A stretch of DNA of 63,929 nucleotides, filler included, from Nemertoderma westbladi (lineage: Eukaryota; Animalia; Xenacoelomorpha), in assembly GCA_032718475.1 (NCBI GenBank). It is 5 parts of 5 records of this genome, joined end to end, with 100 filler letters (N's around TTAATTAATTAA, not from the genome) between each part and the next. Parts side by side here need not be neighbours in the genome. Positions count along the whole stretch, not along the records: positions 18,102 to 34,967 come from JAUCBJ010000561.1; positions 35,068 to 47,960 come from JAUCBJ010007910.1; 3 more parts are not named here. One strand, given 5' to 3'. Positions 24,119-36,990 of the stretch are shown piece after piece (position 1 is the first letter of the stretch; each line of letters starts with the position of its first letter). Made by a program: the position numbers and the translations under genes. The notes under the pieces are model-generated. The model was not told the DNA's origin. It was given only the letters and a program-made list of their open reading frames with translations, and made no database searches.

Positions 24119-25692
24119 ATATGGTTATGATGATTCGGGTAAGTCTTTAGATCTCTTAAGGTCACAGTGCAGGTGATACCGGTATGGTTTTGTCTATGAT
24201 TTTGAAGGTCCATGTATGTTATGGTTCAGTTTATGTAAATAATGTGGCCTTCGAAACAAATTACAGTACACTGGACTGGACATTCCTAAATATTACCCGC
24301 AGAATTATTCTGCTTATTATTAATTTGTTTTATATGGGAATTTGAATTGAAACGCCACTTTAGTTGTAAAATGTTTACAGTGTGCCAACAATAAATAGGT
24401 CAACAATTTGCCAATTTCGTGAATAAACTCGTCTCCATCACTAGACTGGTTGCGCTCGTCCTGTTTCGCATCACAAATGAAGGCATTCTCAAGAGGGAGC
24501 CCAAGAGATGACAATAAGAGTGAAGCCTCAAAGGGGGAAGGAACGCCCTACGAAACGAATAGAGTTGTGGGCAGTAACTATCCACTGGGAAGCAGCACCA
24601 CAAACTTGCGCCAATCACGCTTGTGTATTTAATTTTTGTATATTGGCTGTTTGGTATAACTGGTACATGCGATGCAGCCTGCAGGATAAAAAGTCTAAAT
24701 TAGATCCTAAAAAACCTGACTTTGGTGTACCTAGCGAACTTTTTAGGCTTCTTATGCGAACATAAATCGCAAATTGCTGATAATTTACTGTAGGTCCCGT
24801 GTTTTTACTTAGGCCTATATACCACAATAAATGCCATTAATAGTCACCCCATGAGTTTATAGCTTTAATTAATATTATGCTCATTTTAATAGTTTATATT
24901 AAAAATGGTTTATTTTTTATTGCTAGCCAGGGTGCCGTCAAAAAGAATTATAAATCGTTCCCCAGGAACATATGCTTTTTTCGTTGCATGAAATACAAGA
25001 GATGATAGGATGATTAATAATTTGTTAATAATTGGTGCTAGGAACGCTTGAATATAAACTGATAATCAAACGCCACTTATGATGAAATTTTTGGTCTTAA
25101 GTAGCATTATCGCCATTATGGCGTTAAGATGACATGTCTACCAAACGCCATTATATCCCGCAGAACGCCCTCATCTTATATAAACAGGTCGCAAAAGCGC
25201 CAATATACATATTTCGACATGGCGTATTTGTTAAGCGCAACATCATAGTATGTATAGTAATATGTATATATCAATATGTAATGCTGAACACAGAATACAG
25301 GTCGACGCATGTCGATTTTACCCTGGAGAGGTATAATTTTGATTGCAACAATAATATTCATCCCCATCTGCTACAATTTGAAGAAGACTATTACATAATA
25401 ATACCTATAATTAAAACAATTAATTATTATAATTCTATAGTTAATTAAAACAGTATATCATTCGGGGGATGGAATTTATAGGTAATCTAATTAATTGTTT
25501 AAAGATTAGCAAACAATACGATGTAATTGCATTGATAAAACCCATAAATAAAACTTGGATACAAAATGTAAAATCGGGATGCAAAAGATCACTTTCTGAG
25601 CTATGAAAGGAAAATTGGATACAACTTGTCTGGATACAAGCGGTCCGCTTACATTGCAAAATGAAAAATAAGAATGTGCGAAGTTAAGAACA

Positions 25693-25822
25693 GTCGGGGG
25701 GGAAGTGTCCGGGGGGGGGGGGGGGGAGTGTCTGGGGGGGGGGAAGTGTCCGGGGGGAAGTGTCCTACTTGAGCAGGGGGGGGGGGGGGGGGGGGACTGT
25801 CCGGGGGGGAAGTGTCCGAACA
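25693..25822. repeat. G-run/GGGAAGTGTCC subrepeats, probably the end of a foldback/MITE element
   Basis: Several GGGGAAGTGTCC-like units separated by G tracts. Confidence 0.6.
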
Positions 25823-25959
25823 CCCATCACACTTCTGGGCACTCCAAGTCTATTGTCGGGAGCGCAGCTTCTGCAAAGACATGTGGATCACAATTGAGTA
25901 AATTGCAAGATCAAATATGTTAACAAAAAAAACTACAACTCACTCAATGTGACTTAGAA

Positions 25960-27050
25960 CCAAACATCCATCATGCGTAGGTGGAATCCCCGACAACTAT
26001 AATTCACAATGTAAATCTACATCAATAGATGTTAAGCTGGTGTCACAGCACTGGTAAACCGCCTCTCGATGCCCAAAATGGAGATGCAAAGCTTCAATGG
26101 AGATCACACTGATTTTTGTTGATGATTGTTTCAAACAAGGCTTTTATGCACAGATCAGATCTACAGAAATAACTGATGGCCAAAGAAAGGTTGGTATTCC
26201 TATCACAGTATATCGTTGATAAACCAAGAAGATATATCCGATGTTACGAAGGCGGTTCCGACGGCGAATTTCATTAAGAAGATGTGGACAAGATTCTTGG
26301 ATGATGGCCAACCTCGGTAGATGACGCCTTGATTAAGCCAAGTCAAATATTAGAGATATTCTTGAACAGTTTACTACCCGGAATAAATATTACTGAGGAA
26401 ACAAGCCAATCTAGTATAAACTATTTGAATATGACTATTACCGCATTAATGAGACTTTAGAAACCGAAATATTTTTAAAGCGACAGATTCAAGGGAATAT
26501 CTTCCCAATTTCATCCTGACATCCGAGACATACAAAAATAAATATACCCTATAATATGTCGAGAATTATTGACAATAAAAATGTTCTGAAAAAAAATTAT
26601 CGGAACTGAGAAAGTCTCTCATTCAATCTGGTAATCCGGATAGACTATTGTACTGATGCAATGGCTTGGCGATAAATTTAAATAAATCCACAATATTGGA
26701 AAATAATGAGAGACAAGCGCTATATTTTACCAATGGTTCTAAACTATAACCCATCAAACCCGCAGGGTGTTCACAATGATAAAAAACTGTATCACTCCAA
26801 TGTAAAAAACCAATTGTCATAATATATGAAACGTTTTTAGAGAAACCAATGATATCTGTAGTTATAAGCGTAAGCGGTCACCAACACTAAAGGATATTTT
26901 TCATTCCGATCTATTCATGGTAAGAGAGTCCGGGAGTTAATTAATTTAAAAAATGTAAAATTCTGAAATTCCAAACGTGTATTAATATTGTTGAAACAAA
27001 GAAAGTCAGCTTTAAAACGGAAAGTTATTATATTCGAAAGAAATTGGAAA
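25960..27050 (+). mobile_element. Penelope-like retroelement RT remnant
   Basis: WTRFLDD; LNSLLPGINITEE..SINYL; TDS..YLP..HPRHTKINIPY; heavily degenerate. Confidence 0.75.
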
Positions 27051-27714
27051 AAGAAAATCCCGCATCTTATTGAAAATATATGAATGGACAGATACCATTG
27101 TAATAATCACATAATCACTTAAGTTTTCCTCATATTGTTGTTTTACAATTACTACTACCTACATAGGTTGTTTTACTACCTAGACTAGAAAGCCAGCAAG
27201 CTGGCTGGAAGGAGCCCGGGGGAAGAAGCCTATTAAAAGACTATTACAAATAAACCTTGTCGGTCAGCAGTAAGTAAACTAAACAATTGTCTAAACTATA
27301 AGGCGTGGGGCTAGCTGACTTTGTGGCTCGTCCCACATAATAAAAAATGAAACTTCGCTATGACAACAACCCGGTTCTTTTAAATTTGCGTGATTTGCGT
27401 TTTATGCTCGCACCCCTATTTGTAAGAAATGTTAAAACTTATCTTACAGTATGCCAATGTAGTAATATAACAAAAATAAATTTATTTCAGACATAAAAGA
27501 TATTAATAACTGGACATATAACAAAACAACAGTACCCATAGAAAAACAATTCGAAATATTTTACTCTGATTTTCAAAATATAACCAATAAACACTTGCCA
27601 AGAAAGATCCTAGAAAAAAAAGAAATTCCTATCCTAAAATCATAACCATGGACGTCAAGTTGCGACAGGGTGCTCATATTTGCAACCAAACATACTGATT
27701 TGTAATAAGGAACA

Positions 27715-27870
27715 CAGATTTGTAACCAGGTACTCAAACTCGTAACTGGAAACGCCAATTAGTAACCGGGCGCTCAGATTTGTAACCGGGAACTCCTATT
27801 TGTTACTGGACTCTCAGATTTGTAACTAGAAACTCAGATTTGTAACCAGGAACTCAAATTCGTAACCGTT
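27715..27870. repeat. 20-bp minisatellite (CAGATTTGTAACCAGGAACT-like), about 7-8 copies
   Basis: Visible periodic GTAAC units. Confidence 0.85.
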
Positions 27871-28450
27871 ACCAGTTGCTGTAATACCCTAAAAATTGAA
27901 TTGTGCCAAAACTTCTCAATTCCAAAAAAATTTAATTATTTTTAGAACATCATAATATACCCAGTTTCCTCATCCGTTCCCACCAAAAGCTAAGTCCAAG
28001 CCAATAATGTTTTTTTTTCAGTAACGCAATGGGATTCCGCGCCGATTTCGATAGAGTTATATTTCTAATATTTTTTCATTGTTTAGCATGTGGAACCTTT
28101 CACAGGGCATAATATTCTTATCACACACACATCACACTTTATTTATTAGTTCATTCCCATAAAATGCTGATAATCATTGATAAACATTGATAATAATACA
28201 ATTAGTAGATAATTAAAACGTAATAATTAATGTACGTTTGGAACATAACTATATGGTAATACGATTACGGTGAAGTTCAGTTCAAGTTAATGTGACTTTA
28301 TAACATAATAGAATATACAACAATTTGGTAATTTATTTTCACCCACTGTTGGTTCTCCCATCCACTAGGTAGCATAAATGTCATAACGAATATTTCTATC
28401 CTGAAAAAGGCTTATAAAATACAATAAAGCAAGGTTCTAGAAATAAGAAA

Positions 28451-28567
28451 TCCCACCTTGGCATAGTGGATAAATCCGTCGCCGTGAATTCATATATCTC
28501 TGTGGAGGTTGTGGATTCGATCCCCGCAGGGGACCAGGGTTGTTTTAGTTTCGGCTTGAATTCTTTG
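28451..28567 (+). mobile_element. Truncated tRNA-derived SINE head, related to 18121-18402
   Basis: CCACCTTGGCATAGTGG (A box), GTGAATTCA, GGATTCGATCCC (B box), GTTTCGGC. Confidence 0.7.
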
Positions 28568-28650
28568 ATACCGTTTCATTGCATCACCATTATTTATTTA
28601 CCCGCCGCTTATCCAATTCCGATTTGTTTACCACCTGAACACACTTTTCT

Positions 28651-28710
28651 CCTACTAGGATCGGCATGCTGCATTGCAGCTGCATTTTTAAGAATGCTGT
28701 GCCGGCTTTT
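28651..28710 (-). mobile_element. RTE family B 3'-terminal fragment
   Basis: Reverse complement of GCCGGCACAGCATTCTTAAAAATGCAGCTGCAATGCAGCATGCCGATCCTAGTAG. Confidence 0.85.
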
Positions 28711-30523
28711 CTCCAAGCGGCAATGGGTGTCCTTTAGTGTGACAGCCGCATCTACTGCACCTTCTCACTCTATCTACATCAAAATATTATTAGGGTTGTA
28801 TCTAGAATTAATTGTTTAATTTCGTAAGCTATTTTCATGGATCAAATAATGCCTCTGATGGAATGGAGCAAGCATGAAAAAGAACAAAAACTTATTTTGC
28901 CTATCATGGTCATACCGTACTCTGGACTGGATAACGATACATAAAAATAATAATAGACCTACTGTTTAACGATTCAAAAAATTTAATATTATGTAATATA
29001 CATTCAATATCTTACCTTGATCACGGTTCATAATCCTGTTATCCGTGAAGGAGATTTGCGTTTTCGTACTTGTGTCGACAAATATACAGTACAAATTTTG
29101 TTTACAGTGACCTACCTATATTCTTACTGATGATGATACTTGAATGGCAATGCAATTCGTTTTCTGGGGATTGGAAACAAAACTAATAAGCAATTGGTTT
29201 GAGAAATTGTGCTTGACCTTTGATTGGCATTGTTATCCTTCAATGAATGGTAATAATCCGTTTATTAACAGCTGGTGATTATGGAAACAACTCTTCTTAC
29301 ACTACTGTATTAGCAATTGATTTCCAACTCAACAATCATAATAATGTGCTTGACCTTTGATTAGCATTGTAAATTAGAAATGACAGGGAGTGTTAGCGCT
29401 TTTAGTAAAATATATTCTTTCAATCTCAATTTCATATATTTTGACTCTTTTACAACTACGCAGAGATTCTATGCATTCAGGGCTTCTATTGATTTGCTCT
29501 ATAACTTATTTGGTTCGATACGGTATTTGATTATCTATCTAGTATTTAACTGAGATACGATACCGGGAGGGTGTGCAACACAGTATAACAAGTATATGAC
29601 TGACTAATTAATTCTGTAAGGACTCAAGTCCAGTGTTTGTGTTTCCCTATAGGGGAAACGTTTTTTGACTTGTCTTTATGTATAATTATATAAATATTTC
29701 TACAGCAATCAATTTATGACAATTCTCAATCGTGATACAATTAATAATAAGTGGCTTTCTTATATTAATGGTCTGAAATATCGCCATATATTAATTATTT
29801 AGTAAATCAGAGATAAAACAACACACGAATCTAATACAATTGTCCAGATTATCACTAATACTTAATTGTAGAGACCCACCTTATTATAGCGCGTGTAAAA
29901 CCTTCTTGATTTCGTAATATCGGGATATACTAAACAAACAAAGAGAGTAAATTGAGTTTAACGACAGAATATCAATTAATAATATTATAATGTTAACGAC
30001 AAAAATACAAAGCATAAAGGCATATACATAAAGGCATGTAATAAACACTGGTCGTCAGTAATCTAACCAGTATCCAGAGGCCTGCATAGGAAGCAACTCC
30101 TCTGCAGAATGCTGATATACTAAGTGAATAAATCGTCGGTAATTCGACAAAACTCCCTAAGTCGATTTTTGTAGTTTTGAGAAAAACGAAAAAAACTGAA
30201 TATTTTAAGAAATCTTGAGTAATGCGATCTAATTTTTGACTAAATATAATCTAAAATAGCGTATAATTTGTTTGGGCACATATTTTTAGAGGTAGATCGC
30301 ATTTTGACCATTTAATTTTATATCTGTTGTTTTGCCAGATTGTGAAACAAAATAGTTAGGTTAGAACATACAATTAAGGGGGGTTATCTTTAGCATGTGG
30401 GGTTTTATCAGATACAGTCTGGCCCATTAAATGACTTATTAGTGGGTCTAAGGGTCCAATAAAGCAAAGCTCTTATATTAGAAACACTGTAATAGTACAA
30501 TTATTTTTATAATTACTACTTCT

Positions 30524-31045
30524 ACTATCAGCATGCTGCATTGCAACTGCATTACTATGTATAACATATATATTAATAATGCTGTGCCGGCTTGTCAACA
30601 AAATTGCGCTGTCACATCTCCCTACCACCCATGACATTGGCTAGATTATCCGCATCTTCAAGGCCAGTGTTTAGATACGCCTCTAACAGGCGTCCCAAGA
30701 ACGGCATGGGCTGTCCACCATGTTTATTTATTCGCCAAAGCACAATATTATGAACTGGCTGGTACTCACGGCGAAAGCAATGTCCTGCAAGGCGGAGGCG
30801 GTTCAGGTCAAGTGTCAAGCTAAGGAAGACTAATGGATGTATCCTCCAATGTTGTATAGAGTCTGATTGGAAATGTGTTCATTATACTTGACACAATGAA
30901 CCCGGCACATCATTCTTGTGAAAGTGCCATCCAGAGATTTGGAATCCTCTGCAGTTAGATGCCAGCACAGACTCCCATATACGAGTACTGGTTCTATTGC
31001 TGCTCTAAAGAGAATCGAACCTTTAGATTCCGTTTTATTCCACGG
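30524..31045 (-). mobile_element. RTE family B 3' fragment (diverged)
   Basis: NRLRLAGHCFRR..KHGGQP..GLEDADNLANVMG. Confidence 0.85.
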
Positions 31046-31577
31046 GACAGCCCAGACTCCCTATAATTATAACTGTTTGCGCTGTCTGGATTGGGGTCAT
31101 CTTGCTACACCTGCTGTTGGAATCTAATTCATGTTCACCATCTTCCGTTAGCATTGATTGCTCGTCATTTACCCCGCTATTGATTGCAATAGAATCCGGT
31201 AGAGTGTCATACTCAAGATTGATGCTATGAGAATCCGTAGGCTTAAGAGATAAAACAATCCCTTATTCTCAATTATTATTGTCTCAACACTTTCTACAAT
31301 TAGCGGCTGAAGTCATGTGCCATCATCATCTCTGATATTGTTGTTAGTAGGCTTCTAAAACAGATAAATCTCGATTCGTCATTGCTTCACCGTTAACATC
31401 TTCAGCTACACTCACTAACTGATTGAACATCTCCAGCTAAACTCCATAATCGGCCTGCTGCATTGAAACTGGCCATTAAGATGCTGGCCTAAGAAAAATA
31501 TTTTGCTACCACCATGCAATCCACAATTGACAAGCCCAATGCAGGGGATTAAGCATTAGCATAATTAATTTGAGAAT

Positions 31578-32740
31578 TAAGAATGCTATGCCGGCTTATC
31601 TACGAAGATTCACCGCCACAACTCCCTATCCCCCATGACTTTCGCGAGACTATTCGCATCTACCAAACCAGTATCCTTTAAGAGGCGTCTCACAAAAGTC
31701 ATGTGCTGTCCACCATGCTTATTTTCTCCATGGGGCTTCCAAAGCACAAGATTATGCACAGGCTGGTCCTCACTGCGAAAACAATCTCCTGCTAAGCGGA
31801 GTGTTCAAGTGTCAAGCTTGGGGGAACCAATGAGACACCTCCAATGTTATATAGTGTCTGGGTGGAGATGTGTGCATTGTACTTGACACAATGAACCCGG
31901 CGTAGTATTCTAGTGAATGTGCCATCCAGAAATTTGGTGTCCTCAGCAGTTAGAGCCCAGCATGGACTCCCATAGAGGAGTACTGGAACTACTGCTGCTC
32001 TAAATAATCGGACCTTAAGTTTCCGATTAATTCTTGGTGACTTTCAAATCCTGGAAAGCCTATTCAAGGCTGCCCATGCCTTTCCCTTACGTATAAAAAG
32101 GTCCTCACCTGACTTCCGGATCCATGATCCCAGGTAACAGAAGTCTTCCACTTGCTCAAGCATACCATCCTTTGAGCTTTTGCTCATCCGGTCAGAGACT
32201 TGCTGAGGACTTTCAAAGTTAACTGTCAAAATTTTCTAATGAGCTGAGGAGCTGTTCGGCTCCTTCTAGTGATTATGAGAGTACTCCTAAGTCATCAGCA
32301 ACGTCTTGATCAGTTAGGTACTTGGCAGGATTTCCTCGACTTCTGGAGCCAGCATGTGGAGTTACCATCACCATTGTGATGATCTAAGGACATTAGTAGA
32401 ACATAGTCAACCACAATTATGAACAAGAATGGCGCAAGTGTGTCTCCTTGGAGGACTCCCCATAACATTTCGAATGGTTCTGTGTCACCGTCAACAGTAG
32501 CAGCAATAGCAAAAATAGTACAAATCTCTTCGAACCATCTTACTAATCTGATTGCTGCAATAATTCCATCATGAATCCCATATAATGAAAGTATGCTGAA
32601 CATACGTGAGCGAGAGACTGAATCAAAGGCCTTGAAGAAGTCAACAAAGCTAACAGCCAGATGTCTGTCTTTCTTTTTTGACAACTCTTCAATTATCCTT
32701 CTAAGTGAAAACATTGGCTCACATGGTCCCACGACATTTA
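31578..32740 (-). mobile_element. RTE family B fragment
   Basis: FVDFFKAFDSV, GVLQGDTLAPFLF, FCYLGSWI. Confidence 0.88.
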
Positions 32741-32754
32741 TACGGAACCCAAAT

Positions 32755-33260
32755 CATCTCCAGCTACACTCACAACTGATTGAACATTGTCAGTTACATT
32801 CACTACCGGTTGAATATATCCAGCTATACTCACTACCGGTTGAACATCTCCCGCTACACACACTACCGGTTGAACATATCCAGTTACACTCACTACCAGT
32901 TGAACATCTTCAGTTACACTCAGTACAGGTTGAACATCTTCAGTTACACTCACTACCGGTTGAACATCTCCAGCTACACTCACTACCGGTTGAACATCTC
33001 CAGTTCCTCTCACTACCAGTTGAACATCTTCAGTTACACTCAGTACTGGTTGAACATCGTCAGCTACACTCACTACCGGTTGAACATCTCCAGCTACTCT
33101 CACTACCGCACCGGTTGAACATCTTCAGTTACACTCACTACCAGTTAAAAATCTCCAGTTACACTTAGTACTGGTTAAACATCTTCAGCTGCACTCACTA
33201 CTGGTTGAACATCTTCAGCTACACTCACTACTGGTTGAACATCTTCAACTACACTCACCT
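32755..33260. repeat. 30-bp minisatellite (CAGCTACACTCACTACCGGTTGAACATCTC), about 16 copies; related units at 31395-31445
   Basis: Direct periodicity; gives 10-aa repeats in several frames. Confidence 0.93.
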
Positions 33261-33339
33261 AGAGTATATCTACATTTCTATAAAGTAACTTGTAAATGGA
33301 CCAGTAAACTTGTAAATAATCTTGTACTCAAGTACGCAG

Positions 33340-33516
33340 TCTCATGGAGTGAATAAGCATAGTGGATAGCCCATGACTTTCTTGAGGCGCATCTCAAAGG
33401 ACACTGGCCTTGAAGATGCGGATGATCTAGCAAATGTCATGGGTAATAGGGACATGCCGGCACAGCATTCTTAAAATGCACCTGCAATGAAGCGTGCCGA
33501 TCCTAGTAGTAGTAGT
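33340..33516 (+). mobile_element. RTE family B 3' fragment
   Basis: Matches 47774-47960; (TAG)n tail. Confidence 0.85.
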
Positions 33517-33699
33517 GTAAATGGACCCCCCTCCCTAAAAATAAAAATAAGCATTACAAATTTTCAGCTATTTAAAAATACTGTTAGGTGTTGATTAGGC
33601 AACCTATTCATTTAATACTAATACCGTAGACTTACTTCAAAACTCACTCCATTAATTAATTCAAGGCCAATTATCCTATCATATTGTGGCAAACGGGAA

Positions 33700-34152
33700 T
33701 TTTGGGGGTTTTATCAGAACGAATAATTAAAAGTCCCTCTGACATTTGACTAATAAGAAACCCCCTATATAATTTAAGGGGTTTTTATCAGAAATTAAAT
33801 CCCACATTGAAGGTGCTCAAACAGAGTTTTTTCCTACTTAGGGGGTTTTAACAGATCAAGCGATATTTAGACGGGATCATATTTTGCGTTTTTCTCTGTT
33901 ATTAACGCTGTTTTAACTTCTGGGGTTTTGTCATAAGGTGGATATCAATCTAAGGTACCAGAATCACCAAAAACCTGAAAATGGCCAAAAATCGACTTAA
34001 ACGGACAGACAGCCATATCTTGAGATATAAGACTGACTTGGCTAAACGGTTTTCATATTTGTAATCGTGTTAAAAATCTGCTATAGGTGAAAGAGGAAAA
34101 ATAAAATTTGAAAAAAATTGAAGGCCAGTAACCCCCCCCCCCCCCCCTTCTT
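33700..34152. mobile_element. DNA transposon end with GGGGTTTTATCAGA subterminal repeats (possibly Kolobok-like)
   Basis: Motif at ~33705, 33778, 33841, 33921 (also ~30398); ends in a C-run followed by TTCTTAA. Confidence 0.4.
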
Positions 34153-34254
34153 AACTTGCCAGTCTCCATCGCTCCTGAACATCGCCATGAGTCTACAGCG
34201 ATAGTGTCAACCAAAATTCAGTCCATCTTCAGGACTTCATCTCTTTGAAATGGA

Positions 34255-34960
34255 TTGTTCTTATTAATAATTGTGGTTGACTATGCTCTGCGCATGTCCT
34301 TAGATCATCATAATGATGATGGGTTGATGTTAACTGCACCTACTGGCTCCAGAAGTCGAGGAAATCCTGCCAAGTACCTAACTGATCTAGACTTTGCTGA
34401 TAACTTAGGAGTAGACTCAGAATCACTAGAGGATATTTGAAAACTCAAGGGAAAGGCATGTGAAGCATTAAATGGGCTTTCCTGGACTTGGAAGTCACAG
34501 AAAATTAATCGGAAACTTAAGGTCCGATTATTTAGAGCAGCAGTAGTTCCAGTACTCCTCTACGGGAGTCCATGCTGGGCTCTAACTGCTGATGACACCA
34601 AATCTCTGTATGGCACGTTTACAAGAATACTACGTCGGGTTCATTGTGTCAAGTGAAATGAACGCATCTCTATCCAGACACTTTATAACCTTGTAGGTGT
34701 CTTATTGGTCCCCCCAAGTTTGGCACTTGAACAAAGCCGCCTACACTTTGCAGGACATAGTTTTCACCTTAAGGACTAGCCTGTGCATAATCTTGTGCAC
34801 TGTCTGCCCCATGGAGGAAATAAGCATGGTGGACAGCCCAAGACTTTCTTGAGACGGCTCTAAAGGGGATAATGATGATGATGATAATCTTGCGAATGTC
34901 ATGGAGGATAGGGAGTTGTGGGGCGCAATTTTGTTGATAAGCCGGTATAGCATTCTTAAT
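34255..34960 (+). mobile_element. RTE family B fragment
   Basis: IIVVDYALRMS..YLTDLDFADN..PVLLYGS. Confidence 0.85.
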
Positions 34961-35689
34961 GCACGCTNNNNNNNNNNNNNNNNNNNNNNNNNNNNNNNNN
35001 NNNNNNNNNNNTTAATTAATTAANNNNNNNNNNNNNNNNNNNNNNNNNNNNNNNNNNNNNNNNNNNNCGGTACACCACCTAAGCGCATTTTTTACAAAAA
35101 TCATTGTCGTGTGCTTCAACATTGTCAAGTATTTTCGAAAATTAGCACAATTAGAGTTGGGTTGTAGATACAACTTTTGGCAAAAAAATTTTTTCGAATT
35201 AACTATTTATAATAATTTAATAATAGTTAATATTAATAAATATTGACTATATTACAAAACCTATCTACATATTTATTTATAATTATTTTCGCTCGAAATT
35301 TGGTGTGCATATTCTCCAAGTCATGATAAACAGAAATTGTGGTCAAATTTTTAAAATTTTGTTTTGATCTTTTTTTATAGCCAATCAAAAATTACTTTTC
35401 ATTTTGAACGAAAAAATCACGAAATTTCGACATTTAACAATGAATAAAAAACGAACGAAGCTAAAAAAAAAAAATTTGACCACAATTTCTAAAGAGTGCG
35501 TCGGTCTGGAGATACTTTCCAAATTTCAGCTCAATTCATTGAAAATTGGCGGACTAGATACATTTTTCAGGTCAAAAAATGACATTCTGAGAAAAATGAG
35601 GTTAAAGTTTTAACCCTTTCGGTACCTAACTGTAAATTATTCAAACCCCCAAGTGCCCAACTCTAATTCATGAATTTCTGAAGTCTGTC

Positions 35690-36450
35690 AGTATTTCTGT
35701 CTGTTTGTCTGTCAAGACTTTAGAAAGAATAAAATCTACTAACATTCTCGCTATGGGGGTTTTCCTTGTCAAGGATTTCATTTCCGCTGTCAGTTTTCAC
35801 TTTGGCCCTATCCAGACTGTCTGTCGGTCTGTCTGTCGGTCTGTCTTTCAGTCTGTCCGTCAAAAGTATAAGGAATCACATTAGCTAATTAAAATTCTCG
35901 CTATGGGGGTTTTCCTGGACAAGGATTTCATTTCCGCTGTCAGTTTTCACTTTTGACCCTATGCAGACTGTCTGTCGGTCTGTTGGTCTGTCTGTCTGTC
36001 AGTCTGTCCGTCGAAAATATAAGGGATCACATTAGCTAATTAAAATTCTCTCTATGGGGGTTTTCCTGGTCAAGGATTTCATTTCCGCTGTCAGTTTTCA
36101 CTTTTGACCCTATCCAGACTGTCTGTCGGTCTGTCGGTCTGTCTGTCAGTCTGTCCGTCAAAAGTATAAGGAATCACATTAGCTAATTAAAATTCTCTCT
36201 ATGGGGGTTTTCCTGGTCAAGGATTTCATTTCCGCTGTCAGTTTTCACTTTTGACCCTATCCAGACTGTCTGTCTGTCTGTCGGTCTGTCTGTCAGTCTG
36301 TCCGTCAAAAGTATAAGGAATCACATTAGCTAATTAAAATTCTCTCTATTGGGGTTTTCCTGGTCAAGGATTTCATTTCCGCTGTCAGTTTTCACTTTTG
36401 ACCCTATCCAGACTGTCTGTCGGTCTGTCGGTCTGTCTGTCAGTCACATT
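35690..36450. repeat. Tandem array of a ~147-151-bp unit (about 5 copies) with a CTGT microsatellite, probably inside a Helentron/DINE-like element
   Basis: TTAGCTAATTAAAATTCTC recurs at 35881, 36032, 36179 and 36326. Confidence 0.9.
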
Positions 36451-36489
36451 CTAATTTGGCGGGTTAAACTGCCAAAGGTCTGAAAGCGC

Positions 36490-36990
36490 GAACAACATCC
36501 GCCCACCCCTCAAACAAAGACCCACTGACCGGACCAAGGCGATAGAAAGCCGCGCCCTCACCCAACCCAATACCGAACCACTAGGCTTCTCCTTCCACCC
36601 CTCCTTACAGGAGAGGTGTGTCACAAGGTGGTGCAGGAAGTGAGAGGCTTCCTTCCCCCAGACTCCGTCAGCAGTGACCGCCAGCGGAGTGAAGGTGATT
36701 CGAAGCTGCTCAGTGATTTGGCAGTGGTGGTGCTTCATCGAACTCTCCTTCGCCCGCAATATATTGTCTGTGGAGCGGTTGCGGTAGGAGGGAGCGTCAG
36801 CGTTTACAGCGTCAGCATATGTCAAACGACGCCTCCCTCTGCGGCTCCCACACACCACGGACAACTAGGTCAGTTCTGACCCATGCCTCACCCAAGTACT
36901 GCCCCTTCCGCAACACTACCTCCCGCCTAACAGCGCTCTCCCCCAATACCTTCGCACACAGCTCGCCTACCACATCCCTCATGCCGACGA
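36490..36990 (-). mobile_element. CRE-like non-LTR retrotransposon C-terminal fragment (restriction-like endonuclease)
   Basis: RTDLVVRGVW..ASFDI..DAPSY..FTPLAVTADGVWGKEA..GWVRARLSIAL..LCLRG. Confidence 0.75.

Larger units (their letters stand above)
18403..24620. repeat. Complex ~1.3-kb repeat unit in about 4 rearranged copies (~18540-19920, 21230-22140, 22700-23540, 24120-24620), interrupted by TEs
   Basis: Recurring blocks CACTGGGAAGCAGCACC, GGTCAGACAATTTTAATGAT and many (C/T)GCCA motifs. Confidence 0.85.

Noticed and set aside
25506-25923. Pro-rich and Gly-rich ORFs
   Set aside because: Translations of G/C homopolymer repeats.
28451-28535. tRNA gene (also 18330-18402)
   Set aside because: A and B boxes are present but there is no good cloverleaf, and both continue into a SINE body.
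28990-29400. Possible host exons on the minus strand (a GTAAG donor near 29013)
   Set aside because: No recognisable protein similarity or consistent open frame.
32755-33260. Regular 30-bp repeats as a possible CRISPR array (also 27715-27870 and 35690-36450)
   Set aside because: Head-to-tail tandem units with no unique spacers, no cas genes, and a eukaryotic TE context.
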